In this document: piece after piece, positions 1-13,322 of the stretch
Position numbering within the stretch: the first letter of the stretch is position 1
How the letters are laid out: the number at the start of each line of letters is the position of its first letter
From: Octopus sinensis
Lineage: Eukaryota
Assembly (NCBI RefSeq): GCF_006345805.1
Contig: NC_043012.1
Coordinates: 12,958,001-13,022,000 of the forward strand
Reading direction: 5' to 3'
Length of the DNA stretch: 64,000 bases
Notes under the pieces: generated by a model
Database searches by the model: none
The model's input: the letters and a program-made list of their open reading frames with translations, nothing else
What the model was told of the DNA's origin: nothing
Made by a program: the position numbers and the translations under genes

Positions 1-130
1 AAACAGTTGTATTAAGATAGCTAAGACCTTAGTCAGGTGGCGAGTTCCAGACGATGGACCAGCTATGCTTAGTCTTAATTTAAAAGCATTTGTTAATAGC
101 AGGTTGATGCGTATGTCTATGGTTATAAAA
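1..130 (-). mobile_element. Possible L2/CR1-type LINE C-terminal remnant
   Basis: With one frameshift the minus strand gives ...LSIAGP.IVWNSPPD*, similar to the GP.IWNSLP motif. Confidence 0.3.
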
Positions 131-311
131 GATCCAACATCAACACTGCTACCAATCTCACCATTCAAAGTACGATCAATATTACAGGTACATAATGCTG
201 GCAACAAATCACATGCAGATTTTTATGGCAGGCAAAAACACCAGTTCCGAAATAATATTATACATATAACGTGCCAAAATACATATACTTAAGACTGACA
301 TAGAAATAATA

Positions 312-361
<50 letters not shown>

Positions 362-2313
362 CATATATATATAATACAAAAGGGAAAAGAACGCAAAACA
401 TCCAGATAGACGATACAAAGAAAACAAGGACGGGTCGTTCGACGTTTTCTTTCCTCAGTCAAGCACCAGATCATCCTCGCAATTTTGACTGATCATTCTT
501 AAGATTGCGCCAATCTGACCAGCCCCATCGGAAAATATAAGCTAAGCGCATTAGAGTCCTTGGAAGAAAGCAGCGAACGCATACAAAAATAAGTACGGAA
601 AAGCAGACAGTTTTTCACAAATTTAAATACTATAAAAATAATAACTGGACATAACAACAGGTGCCTTTCGACTAAGGACGAATTGGATTAAGCTGGGGCG
701 TGTGGAAATGAAGCCTTACGGCAGAGATACAAGAGTTTCAGAAACACAGGGAAGAATATCGATGTTGCACGGACAACGGTCAGACCAAGAAATAAAGAAC
801 AGGCTTGGCCGAACGGCGGTCACGTGGGAAGCTAAGAGAGAGGAGTAGATGCAGAGAAAAACTTACAGGGACACAGTGAAGTGAAAAGTGGAGGGGAAGT
901 GAGTAAGAAGAGAAGGCAAAGAAATGTGAGAGAGGGGGAACGAAAGAACGAAGAGTGGAATGAACAAATAGGCGTGAAGGGGCTAATAGACAGAAACAGG
1001 GTAGAGTATACACATGTGTATGTATGTATATGTGTGCGTATGATTGTGCGTATTTGTGTGTCTATCTGTGTGTGTTTGTGTGTGTGAGAGAGCTATGAAT
1101 ATAAGTCAGAGTGGAACGTTACTAGCGAAAATATCGTCAGATATAGGATATATGGGAAATATATGATATATAAGATAAATTGTCATATATATCTATTTAC
1201 ATACACACAAACAATTTATACAGTGTGAGTATATACATCGAACGAATATTTTTTAATTCCTCATTTTAAAGTAACATTTCGGCCAACATTGTACACAGAC
1301 AAAAATATCATAGAACATAGGAAATTATTCATTCATAGTTTCGCCTTTAAATTTATTTATGCTTCTAAAATATTCAGATTTTATGCTCTATAAATCATAT
1401 GAATTTTAATAACATTTGCATACGTTTTAAATTAAAGATACACAGAAGAGTAAACAATTCAAAACTTTAAATATTATATAAATTATTTTCTCTCTTCCGA
1501 ATTCTAACTTTTTGAAGTTATTTTTTAAATGAAAGAATTTAATGATGGCAGTTTTCCAATATATACTATCGATGTATTTTGCTGGGAATATAATTGTCTC
1601 CAGATAATGCTACAAATATTAGTAGAACAATTTAAATAAACATGATATGACATGAAAATATACATATTTAAATGAAAAGCAATTAATGGACTACGTATTT
1701 CTATCCTCTAAAGAATTTGAAACGGCATACTAAATTACCGGTGATTAGATATTTAAATGAGGAATTTTATAATATATTCACACATCAATAACCGTCTCTT
1801 CTATGGTTGTGGACCAACGTGATGCCAGAAATCAAAGTGTTGCTTGATACGTCTGCACAATACAACAATATTAGTCGGAACGTACGAATCTCTGTCGAGA
1901 TATGCATTGGGAAATCAATTGTGAAGTTCAAGAAGTAGAGCAATCGCACCGTAACTTAAGGATTCTTCTCCCCAGATTAATAAAAGACTTGTAGAAATTT
2001 CAGGTAACTCGTAACATTTGATCCGGTGGAAGGAGACTTAACTATTAATACTGGGCCTTTCGATGGAACAAGCACAAAATATTAGATCAGCTATCATTAC
2101 CAAGGATGTTAATTCGAACTTATCACTACTGAGGTATATTTATTTGGAATTGTATACAACTTTGGAGCTATTGGCAAACTTTAGGAAATACATTTTAACA
2201 CTTTTGGAAAAGTGGAAGACATTTATGTTCTCAGCAATTTATATAAATTTCACGAAAAGTAGAAAGGAGGAATGCCATAAAATCGCCGAAGGTATACATG
2301 TAAACAACAAAAG

Positions 2314-2351
<38 letters not shown>

Positions 2352-2539
2352 GAATTTTAAAAAAATACAGAAGGCGTAGATGGGTGTGTAAACAACAAAT
2401 TGATGTATTAGTTTAACGCCGCTACGCAACTGAGAAAGTCTTTTACGTTTCGAACCTACGTTCTTCGACAGAAAGGAAGGCAGAAATAAATAGGGAAAGA
2501 AAGCAGAAAAAGCTATAATATCTAGCGATCTATCATGAC

Positions 2540-3130
2540 GAAAGACGGACAGAGAGGTCACACAGGAGTGCTAGGTAGAAAGGGGAGATAATAAAGTGGT
2601 GGTGATCCCAAAACGAAGGTGCACTTGCGTGTCTATGTGAGAGCGTGCATGTGCATGCGTGTGGAAGGGGGTGACATTGACGTGTTCGTGTGTGTGTGTG
2701 TGTGCATGTGTAGGTGTGTGGATAGGTGTAGGTGCTAGGAAGTGAGCAGTGGTAGTGTTTGCGCTGGTGTGGGTGCTGGGAAGTGGTCAGTGCTAGTGGA
2801 TGCGGGGTGGTGTGATGTGGTGTGGTGGTGTGCGGTGTAATGTAGTGGTGTTGGGATGTGGAGGAGGCGAGAGTGGGGGATGTGAGCCTGGGTCTAAGGA
2901 ATGTGGTGGGGTGGGATGTGATGTATAGTGATTGTGGGTTTGGAATGTGCACGGTTGGGGTAACGAGGGAGAGGTTGGCAATGAAGAGAGAAGGAGTGAA
3001 GAGAGGAAGTAGGTGCCAAACAAGAGAGGAGAGGTGGGTAGGTGGAAGTAGGTGTGAGAGGAAGAGAGGACAGAGGAGGATGGTTAGAAGAAGAGGGGGT
3101 TGAACCCATGTGGCGCAAAGGAGTAAGGGA
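2540..3130. repeat. G/T-rich then G/A-rich low-complexity tract
   Basis: Degenerate GT, GTG and GAG runs with strong strand asymmetry. Confidence 0.8.
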
Positions 3131-3617
3131 AAAGATTAATCCCTGCTCACAGCGAAAACGGGAGTGCGGATGTCCCCTGTGCAAGGACAATCCGAATACA
3201 GACATGTGTGTGTGTGTGTATATGTGTATGAGCATGCGCACATATGTGTACGAGCGTGTGTGTATGCGTGTGTTTAAGCGCCTCATTTGTCGAAGATAAT
3301 CTAGAACAATTGAAGTGATGATGTTGCCTGTTGAGCCAGAAACATATGTCTACATTTCTCTTCTTATCTTCAAATAATCAGGATGTTCTAAGCCAATTTC
3401 ACGATTCTTCAGGATTAACCCACTCCAAATTTATAGTTAGTACAACTTACCACTATGCTATGGGTCTCATCTATCTGAAAGAATGGATCTTGTACGTTAT
3501 TTAGCATAACCTTAATCGTCTTAAATGTCTAATTATTTCATTTATTCTCAACCGCTCATTAAAGAGGCGCAGTTTATTTTTTTCTTCTTCTAATCTTTAT
3601 ATCTGGAAAATATATAA

Positions 3618-3696
<79 letters not shown>

Positions 3697-3791
3697 AGTA
3701 AACACATAAATGTGAAACAAGGTGGAAAAAAGAGTACTCAAATACCAGTGGTAGAGTAATATGCTTTATTTAAAGCAGCAGAAAATTCAAC

Positions 3792-3836
3792 AAAACTGTT
3801 ACTCTGAGTTTCCGTTGCCGTTCATCGGACAGTTTT
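3792..3836 (-). ncRNA. Variant type I hammerhead ribozyme (left arm of palindrome)
   Basis: AAAACTGT-CCGATGA-A-CG-GCAA-CG-GAAAC-TCAGA-GTA/ACAGTTTT. Stem I has 8 bp, the core has U4 changed to C, stem II is 2 bp with a GCAA tetraloop, stem III is ACTC(A)GAGT, and the site is GUA. Confidence 0.72.
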
Positions 3837-3844
3837 TTCTAGCA

Positions 3845-3891
3845 AAAACTGTCCGATGAACGGCAACGGGAAACTCAGAGTAACAGGTTTT
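3845..3891 (+). ncRNA. Variant type I hammerhead ribozyme (right arm of palindrome)
   Basis: Inverted copy of 3792-3836 with one extra G before GAAAC and one extra G in the 3' strand of stem I. Confidence 0.65.
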
Positions 3892-3937
3892 GCTGAATTT
3901 TTGCTGCTTTAAATAAAGTATATATTGATATATATAT

Positions 3938-4016
<79 letters not shown>

Positions 4017-4522
4017 GCTATATTTATGTTCCGTTTTATTTCACACAACGGTTTTCTTTTTAATTTTTACTACGTCCAGTATGTTATGTACATAGACACG
4101 GGCAATTATATAAATTTCCTGATAATCACATGATAAATACAGTAAAGAAATATATGTAAGGTTTCTCTAGGCATCTAGCTAACTTGATAATTATCTTGAT
4201 ATCAAGTTTTCTGCTCATTGCTAGTCATTTGCAGAAATCCGGTTATCTCACCGTAGCTATCACATTGTTAGAAAAATTGCTGATGGGTTGTAAAATTTAA
4301 TTGTAACATATGCAGTTCTACATATACATAAATATGTACAGGGATATACACAAACACAGATACTTACATATATAGAGATATGAAATTAAGAGTATTAATA
4401 ATGAGAATAAGCATTATATTTTTTTTAAATAGTGAATACTGAAATGTATTCGTTCCACTAAAATTCTTCGAAGCACTGTCACAGCATGGCCGTAGTCTAA
4501 TGACTGAATCAAGTAAATGATA

Positions 4523-4564
<42 letters not shown>

Positions 4565-4753
4565 GTTAGAGATATCGAAAATACAAATAAACACATACAA
4601 CAAAAGACAACAGGACGTACACAGAAAATATAATAAACTGACGCTCAGTTTCAGATGGAAAAAAAAAGGGTGTGAAACGTTCGAGCCCTCTTCGGGAGAA
4701 ATAGGAGAGAGGAAAGGCTCGCAGTCAATGGGGGTGAATCCTTAGCGTACATA

Positions 4754-5153
4754 GGTGGCGCGGTGGCAGAACAGTCAGCACGCCGGGCGAAATGCTTAAC
4801 GGTATTTGGTCTGTCGTTATGTTCTGAGTTCAAATTCCGCCGAGGTCAACTTTGACTTTCATCCTTTCGGGATCGATTAAATAAGTACCAGTTACGCACT
4901 GGGGTCGATATAATCGGCTTAATACCTATGTGTGTCCTTGTTTGTCCTTGTGGGTAGTAAAGAAATGGGTATTTCGTCAGTCTTCAACGTTATGAGTTCA
5001 AATTCCGCTGACGTCGACTTTGCCTTTCATCATTTCGGGGTCGATAAATTAAGTACTAGTTGTGTACTGGGGACGATGTAATCGACTAAATCCGTTTGTC
5101 TGTCCTTGTTTGTCCCCTCTATGTTTAGCTCCTTCTGGGCAATAAAGAAATAA
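4754..5153 (+). mobile_element. Two tandem copies of an abundant SINE (family A; degraded pieces continue to about 5505)
   Basis: gttctgagttcaaattccgccgaggtcaactttg...tttcatcctttcggg.tcgat..a..aagtaccagttacgcactggggtcgat repeated at 4754-4950 and 4968-5153. Confidence 0.85.
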
Positions 5154-5767
5154 GAATCCTTAGCGCACATGAAAAAAAAAAGAAACAAAACAGCATTTTA
5201 TTCGTTCAGTTTCAGCCAAGGTCAACTTTCAGCCAAGGTCAACATTCCAGGGTCCATAAAATAAGACCCAGCTGAGCACGGAGATCGCTGTCACTAAATT
5301 ATTCATCACCCTACAATTACTAACTATCATTTCCAGTGCTGTAAGGGGACGAAACTCGCAGAATAGTTAGCACGCCGGGCTAAATGCTTGGCATTTCATC
5401 GCAGGTGTCGATTTTGCCTTTCATCATTTGAACATTTGGGGATAATGTAATAGACGTAATTCCTTTCTCGAAACTGCTGGCCTGCCAAAATTTTAACGCA
5501 GTCTTTCGCCAGTGCTAAAATCTCTCTGTGCCATCATTAATTATGCACGTTTATAATGCTTATACGCTCATTATTACTAATCAATGAATTACACTGGATA
5601 CTGCTGAGGGCATATATTTCTTGGTAAAAATATCAAAGAATATATTCGGCTGACAGATTTTCAGAATATATTGCACTATAGAATTTTGTGCATTTAGTTT
5701 GCCAGCTTCTACATGTAAAATTGAGCGTCGAACAAAATATATCTGGGAAATATTTTCAAATATAAAG

Positions 5768-6103
5768 GGGTAAAGACCTCCTTCGGTCATGAATGACCAT
5801 GGGATTGCACCTAGAAAGTTACCCTCCTAGACACAAGTCCGGGCAAGGTTGTTTATGGAAGACCAGCAGTCGCCCATGCATACCAGCCTCCCCTCTCCAC
5901 GCCACCAGTGTTATCCAAGGGAAAGACAAAGGTCGATACAGCTTGGCACCAGTGACGTCGCTACTCATTTCTACAGCTGAGTGAACTGGAGCAACGTGAA
6001 ATAAAGTGCCTTGCTCAAGAACACAACACCCAGCCCGGTCCGGGATTCGAGCTCACAACCTCACGATCGTAAGCTCGACGCTCTAACGACTGAGCCATGC
6101 GCC
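5768..6103 (-). mobile_element. tRNA(Arg)-derived CORE-type SINE
   Basis: Head ggcgcatggctcagtcgttagagcg...CTTACGA...gctcgaatcccgg with A and B boxes and an ACG anticodon loop. Central tcttgagcaaggcactttatttcacgttgctccagttcactcagctg is CORE-like. Confidence 0.85.
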
Positions 6104-6470
6104 TTCACTAGTATATTTTCAAATATACTAAGGTAATATATATATATGTAAAAATTATGCTTCCGTTTTTTTAATTTTTAGTAAGTCCAATATATTATGT
6201 ACATAGACACGAGCAATTCGCAACATTTTTTAGTAACTCATCTCCCTCCGGGGGCGCCTTCGTCTGTCTGAGACATTATTGCTTCTATCTGCGTTTCGAG
6301 AAGTGTAGCGTAGAAGAGGAGACAAGGCTGAAAATAACCGATGGGTTTGTGTGTCTGTCGGGGTGTCTGTGCGTGTGTGTGTGTGTTCTACCGTGTGCGT
6401 GTATGTGTATGTGCATGTGTGTGCGTGTGCATGTATGCGTTTGCGTGTTTGTGTAGCTATGCCTGTCAGA

Positions 6471-6501
<31 letters not shown>

Positions 6502-6518
6502 ATATATATATAATATAT

Positions 6519-6550
<32 letters not shown>

Positions 6551-6803
6551 ATATATATATAATAATAATAATAGTACTAAGTATATACATAACGGATTGG
6601 GTAAATATAATCTTAGAGATGTGAGTAGTGAAATTAAACTTAATAAATCTCATAAAAATAGGGATGATACTGTTATTAATATTTTGACATCTAATGTATT
6701 TAATAATATACAAATTAAGTATGTAGGAAAATGTCGTGTGAATCTATAGTCAAAAATTAATACGAATAATATGCATATCTTAAGTAGGTTTAATGATAAT
6801 AAC

Positions 6804-6845
<42 letters not shown>

Positions 6846-6858
6846 TAATAATAATAAT

Positions 6859-7310
6859 AATGCCGATACACACAGATAGAGAAATTAAGGCCAACAGACC
6901 AGATATAGTTGTCAGAGATCATGAAGAAAAAAAATGCTTTCTAATTGATGTATCAATACCGGCAGATGACAACGTGTCTCTAAAAGAAATGGAGAAACTC
7001 TCAAAATACAAAGACCTGGAAATAGAGGTAACTAGAATGTGGAACCTGAAAACAGAAACAATTCCTATCATAGTAGGCGCATTAGGCATGATAAAAAATA
7101 TTCAGACAAATACATAACAAAAACACCAGGACTTACAAACACATATAACATACAGAAAATTGCACTACTAGGCACTGCACACATCCTACGCAGAACACTT
7201 TCCATACAATAACCATCAGAGCATCACAACAAATCACAGCACATACCAAGGCACACAGAGCTGCGCTCGGTAGTGAAGTGAAAGCACGCTATAGAAATAA
7301 AACTACTGAA
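6859..7310 (+). mobile_element. 5'-truncated R4/Dong-clade LINE (restriction-like endonuclease C-terminus plus 3' UTR)
   Basis: PIHTDREIKANRPDIVV...LIDVSIP...EKLSKYKDL (PD..D RLE motif), frameshifted end QKIALLGTAHILRRTLSIQ*, and (AAT)n on both sides. Confidence 0.92.
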
Positions 7311-7340
7311 TAATAATAATAAATAATAATAATAATAATG

Positions 7341-7434
<94 letters not shown>

Positions 7435-7774
7435 GTTTAAATTTAAGAATAGAAAATATATTCTGTTTGTTAATTTTGATAAATAGGAAAATAACTTTGA
7501 TAAAGGTAATAAGATGTGTTTTATTATTCCTTTTGCAAGACAAATAAAAACAAATTTTCTTAAATCTTTCTACAGATATATATATATATATATATAATAA
7601 TAAATATTAGGGAATAAATCCAAATTTACAGGGAAAAAATCAGATTTAGGATTAAATCCAATTTTATAGTAAAATATTATAACATATTATTAGAGACAAA
7701 ACCACTATTTTGCAAAACAAACAAGGAAAGACTTAATCAATACATGAAATTTTAATAAATAGTAAAAAAAACCG

Positions 7775-7817
7775 CCACTACAATTGTTTCTTGTCTTGAT
7801 CGACAATCTTCAGGTGG
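7775..7817 (-). ncRNA. Minimal type I hammerhead ribozyme, mirror copy
   Basis: Exact reverse complement of 8900-8942, in the left arm of the long inverted repeat. Confidence 0.88.
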
Positions 7818-8899
7818 ACTTCCAATCTAAAATATCAATATTTTAAAATATAAAAATAATAATTTTAAAATAATTAAAGTATGAATGAAAAAATATAAAT
7901 ATATAATCCATATATAACCTATATATAATCCATATATAATCAATATATAAACTAAAATAAACCTATCAACAATTAAATATAAAATATAAAATATAAAATA
8001 TAAAATATAAAACAAAACAAAAAAATAATAATAATATAATAATAAACTATATATACACCCATACACATATACCTAATTATATATAACCATATCTAACTAC
8101 ATACACTAAATCACACCCCTATATATATATCCCTATACATACACATAAAAACGTCTAGGCAACTATAAATAAATAAAATAGCTAAATACTTCAACACAAT
8201 ACTTATTCATACTCCCACACACACACACATACAACCCACAGGGAGATTTTATCATTATATGTTTTTATGAGTTTTGGTTTATCATGGTAGGTTTGTTAAG
8301 GAATTCGTAGTAATTTGTGTCTATTTGCGATGTCTGTTGTTTTATTGCATTGTTTCATTCATAATTTTTAAGTAGTGTTAGTTTTACCAAGTGAATATAA
8401 TTTTTAATTCCATTTATTCTATTTCTCCGTTCATAATTTTAAGTGATGTCCGTTTTCTAGAGCGTGAATGTGGGTTGTATGTGTGTGTGTGTGGGAGTAT
8501 GAATAAGTATTGTGTTGAAGTATTTAGCTATTTTATTTATTTATAGTTGCCTAGACGTTTTTATGTGTATGTATAGGGATATATATATAGGGGTGTGATT
8601 AGTGTATGTAGTTAGATATGGTTATATATAATTAGGTATAGTGTATGGGTGTATATATAGTTTATTATTATATTATTATTATTTTTTGTTTTGTTTTATA
8701 TTTTATATTTTATATTTTATATTTTATATTTAATTGTTGATAGGTTTATTTTAGTTTATATATTGTTTATATATTGATTATATATGGATTATATATAGGT
8801 TATATATGGATTATATATTTATATTTTTTCATTCATACTTTAATTATTTTAAAATTATTATTTTTATATTTTAAAATATTGATATTTTAGATTGGAAGT

Positions 8900-8942
8900 C
8901 CACCTGAAGATTGTCGATCAAGACAAGAAACAATTGTAGTGG
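8900..8942 (+). ncRNA. Minimal type I hammerhead ribozyme (Penelope pLTR)
   Basis: CCAC-CTGAAGA-TTGTC-GATCAA-GACAA-GAAAC-AATT-GTA/GTGG. Stem I is CCAC:GTGG, the core is CUGANGA plus GAAA, stem II has 5 bp, stem III is the palindrome ACAATTGT, and the GUA cleavage site falls after 8938. Confidence 0.88.
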
Positions 8943-9039
8943 CGGTTTTTTTGACTATTTATTAAAATGTTATGTATTGATTAAGTCTTTCCTTGTTTGT
9001 TTTGCAAAATAGTGGTTTTGTCTCTAATAATATTATATA

Positions 9040-9086
<47 letters not shown>

Positions 9087-9089
9087 TTC

Positions 9090-9560
9090 TGAATAGGGAA
9101 TATAAATATGATAGAATAATTAACAATAAAACGGTTAGAATTGTTATTTCAGTATCTAAAATTTTATTGCGAAATATCTCTTCGAAAAATAGCAATAAAT
9201 TAGATACTTTTCATATTAATAACTAACACCAAGAATGGACGTAATCTAAATCATGTAGCAAGAACTTTTGATTGTAGGTTTAATGATAAATGTTATTTCA
9301 ATAATTTTTGTATTCAAAAGACACTTATATACAAATGTCGAGTAGAATCTGAAGGAAATATTTAATATTAAATTGGGTCAACAGTTAATTTCATGAAACG
9401 ACGTATTGCAAACCATTAATATAGAAACAGAAATAAGCTGTGTATAAACAGTTTAAGTAAAGATATATGTAAATTAAAGGATAATGATAAACTGTATAAG
9501 GTTAAATGGAAAATTCTAGATATTACAAAACTGCTGATAATGTTTAAGTCTTCAGGATAT
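9090..9560 (+). mobile_element. Penelope-like retroelement fragment (GIY-YIG endonuclease region), degenerate
   Basis: Translates through stops and frameshifts as REYKYDRIINNKTVRI..., LIYKCRVESE...IGSTVNFMKRRIANH...SLSKDICKLKDNDKLYKVKWKILD. Confidence 0.75.
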
Positions 9561-9669
9561 AGGTTTCGAAAATATAATTATATTGAAGTGATTATTTGGA
9601 GGATAATTGGATATAAAACTACATCAATGTTTGATAGTTAAATGTTATATCATAATATAATTTTTAGAA

Positions 9670-9741
<72 letters not shown>

Positions 9742-10211
9742 GATAGATAGATAGATATGTGTATGTATGTATCTATATATATATAGCGGCATGCATATAT
9801 GTATATATCTACTTTTTCATCTGCAAGCTATTTATTTGTATACGTGTGTGCATGTGTATATATATATAGATATATATGCGAAAGTGTATACTATTATTAT
9901 TCTTATTATTCAGTAAATCGATTGGAATCATTTACTTACTATCAATATTTTATTAAGTAATATTATATTAATGATTTATTAATGTAAAGGTATATTGTGA
10001 GTAAATAATATTAAAATAATTCCATTATATTATAATTCTGTACTAGCTATAATTACTGAAAATAGCAGGTTTTCAAGTTGTACAGTTTATAATCATAATT
10101 AAAAGTATAATTTTATTTTATTTTATTATTATTTGTGTTTTACTTTTATTTTTATCTGAATATATATTCAAATATATGGGTATATATATATGCATATCTA
10201 TGTACATGTAT

Positions 10212-10266
<55 letters not shown>

Positions 10267-10502
10267 ATGTGTGTGGGTGTGTGTGTGTGGTGTGTGTGTG
10301 TGCGTGTGTGTATGTGTGTGTACTGATATCTGCATATATGTATCTGTTGACTCATATTTGTGAATTATCAAATATTTAAGTATTTGAATAAATGAATACT
10401 GGTATATTATGTCTTTATAAATGTATATACATATATTGTATGGATATATCTGTGTTTGCGTATATGTGTATATATATGTATATATACATACATATATATA
10501 TA

Positions 10503-10545
<43 letters not shown>

Positions 10546-11107
10546 TATATATGTGTATATATATATGTACGCATGTATGTGTGTGTCTCAGTGTGTGTAT
10601 GTGTGTGCATTATAAATATGAAGGTATGTTATATTCCTCTAGTATAATAAGTCCTTTTAGTACAGATAAAGAGCAATTTTGATAATGACATTGAAGCCTT
10701 GAGGAAGTTTTAAATTATGTTATTTTACGTCGAATTATCTTAAATTTAATTATATTAATTTATATGAAATTTTATAGTAGACCCTATTCTGAATATTATA
10801 TATTTCTAGTATAATATTATGAAAGCATTTAGTTATATACATATTGATTTAAATTGCATTATTTCCCTTGAAAATAAGAAAGTTTTATTTATTTGTGTAA
10901 AAATTAGTATAGAATAAATTTATTCTTGCAGAAATATTATTCATTGTACGTAATATTAAAAACATACTTTGTAAATTAATTTTGTGAAATTCTGTCTGTT
11001 CTATTCCTCTGTAAGTGTAAATGCATATAAACACTGCGATGAGACTTTTCCTCTAAAAATTAAGTAATTTCAGTTTTAGGTTTAAATATTGCTATTTACC
11101 CATATGT

Positions 11108-11393
11108 GGAGGCGCAATGGCCCAGTGGTTAGGGCAGCGGTCTCGCGGTCGTAGGATCGCGGTTTCGATTCCCAGACCGGGCGTTGTGTGTGTTTATTGA
11201 GCGAAAACACCTAAAAGGCTCCACGATGCTCCGGCAGGGGGTGGTGATTCCTGCTGTACTCTTTCACCACTCTTTCTTCTGTTAGCCTGCTCGCTTAGCC
11301 AGCGGGGTGGCGTCATTCGAAGGCTAAAACAATGCGAACGCATTGTGACCAGCGATGTGACGCAACATCTGATGGTCTGGTCGGTCACGTGAT
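11108..11393 (+). mobile_element. tRNA-derived SINE
   Basis: A box tggcccagtggtta and B box gtttcgattcc, followed by a non-tRNA body ending ggtcacgtga. Confidence 0.8.
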
Positions 11394-13322
11394 TTACCCA
11401 TATATAAATTGTGTATCGTTATTTTCATAGCATTTACTTTTTAATAATATGAAAGAATGAAAGGCGTATTTTTTTATTTAGTCATGGTTTATTAAATACG
11501 TTTTTAAAATTTTGTTCCTGGTAATTCAAAAATCTTATCGGCTAAAATACATTGAAACTAAAACACTTAATAGTATACAGATTTATTTTATGGCCGTTGC
11601 ATTAGCTTATTTTTATCTTTGTTTTCATTTTATATTATTGATGCCCACGTTGAAAAACAAATGTATATTTTGTTGTGTCTGGGGAGAGTCATTTTTTTTT
11701 TGTACCGTATAATGTAAACACACTCACCGGTAAAATTTCCACTTTTTTCTTATTTTTATTTTCCTAAAATTTTCGTTGCGTCTTGCAACCATTTCAATAG
11801 TCGTGACCATTATTTACACTGCATTCCTTTTTTGCTTGTTTGTGCGCACATGTGTGGGTCAGTATGTGTGTGTGTGTGTGCCTATGCGTGCATGCATGTA
11901 CGTATGTATGTGTATATGCATGTATGCATGTGTATGTATGTATATATGTGTGTGCATCTGTATGTATGTATCCTGTATATTCATGTGGCTTGCATGTCCG
12001 TTATTGTGTATCTTCTATGTATGTGTGTGTGTGAGCGTGTGTTTGTATATCTATGCACCTCTGTCTCCTTGTGTGTGCATGTCTGTGTGTGTGTGTGTGT
12101 GTGTTATGAAACTATGTACTATGTTTGTATATATGGATGGATGTGCATCTCTATATGTGTGGATTCGTGTCTTCATATGTGTCCTCGAGTGGAATAAAGT
12201 GTGTGTGTATATATGATCACGTGTCTCAGTCTCCATTTGCGTATGTGTGCTTGTCTGTTCTTATAACCTATGTACCTATCCGTCTGTATGTTGATCTATT
12301 TATTTTCATATCCATATGCTTACATACAAAACGTGTATATTTAAATTGGATCTGCGAATCCTTATATATAAAATAATTGCACAAATGAGATTCTTGCCGA
12401 CAAATAATGGATTTTTATAATTCTATTATGGGTAAGAATCGAAACAATTGTCATTAATTTCTCTTTAAAATATATTGTTTATTATATTATGTTATATCAT
12501 TATAAGAATAAAATATCATAGTTTTATGCTAATAATTTTTGCATTGGCAATTGTTAAACATGTTTCCCTTTTCTATTCATTAATATATAAATATATTTCT
12601 GTTTATCTGTTTTCTCAATTAGAGTAAAACTTTGATGAAAGTACTTATCGTTATACAGCATGTCGAAATTCGATAATGTTATATTTAAGAATTATGTACT
12701 TCCGTGCAATGTACACGGGGTCAGCGGTAAACCCAGAGGCCCCTGCATAGGCAGTGCCATGGCTGAAATCATTAGACATAATTTGAGAAGAAAGCAACTC
12801 GAATCATTACATCAGTATTTACTTTTGAACTTAGTGCATAGAGTTCATTTAATTCCTACTTGAAACTTTACAATAATATTTAATTATTCACTTAATAAGG
12901 AACACAAACAGTCATTCGGTGCCTTCAAGTCGCTGGTGAATACACAGTGAATACGATTTCCATAAATGTTTCTTACATCGAAATGTGCACCAATTAGACG
13001 ATGCACTCGAAATATTACAATTGATTGAGAACCAATCTCATTTCAGAATTATGTAACACTTGATATTATTATAATAGGACATCTCTATATTAAGCCATTC
13101 ATCTATCACCTTGAATACTGTTTTCTTTCGGGCTTCAAGAAAGACATTCAAATTGCTTACCGAATGTATACCCAATGCCGGTAAGACTTATATATTCCCA
13201 CTATTTTGTAACATTAGAGTATTGTTGTCATTAACAAAATTGAACTTTATATAGATACGAAAATAAACATACAAATAACAGAATAGTGGTGACAACAACA
13301 TATATCCGCACTCAATATAATA

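Larger units (their letters stand above)
3693..3922. mobile_element. Penelope-like pLTR remnant with a ~165-bp palindrome
   Basis: Near-perfect inverted repeat 3759-3922 centred on CTAG (3839-3842), with a hammerhead in each arm and (TA)n on both sides. Confidence 0.65.
7597..9033. mobile_element. Penelope-like element remnant with inverted pLTRs
   Basis: Arms 7684-8240 and 8469-9033 are reverse complements with only scattered mismatches or indels, around a 228-bp spacer. On the minus strand the spacer gives degenerate ...RHR.NRHKLL*, resembling a Penelope ORF C-terminus. Each arm carries a hammerhead. Confidence 0.8.

Noticed and set aside
2063-2310. ORF with AIYINFTK, loosely like an RT DFSKAFD motif
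   Set aside because: A single weak motif with no other RT landmarks.
2850-2920. G-quadruplex candidate
   Set aside because: The G-tracts are irregular with long loops, inside degenerate low-complexity sequence.
3365-3425. Minus-strand CTGAAGA-ATCGT-GAAA hammerhead-like string
   Set aside because: Stem II is nearly absent and stem I is out of register with any NUH site.
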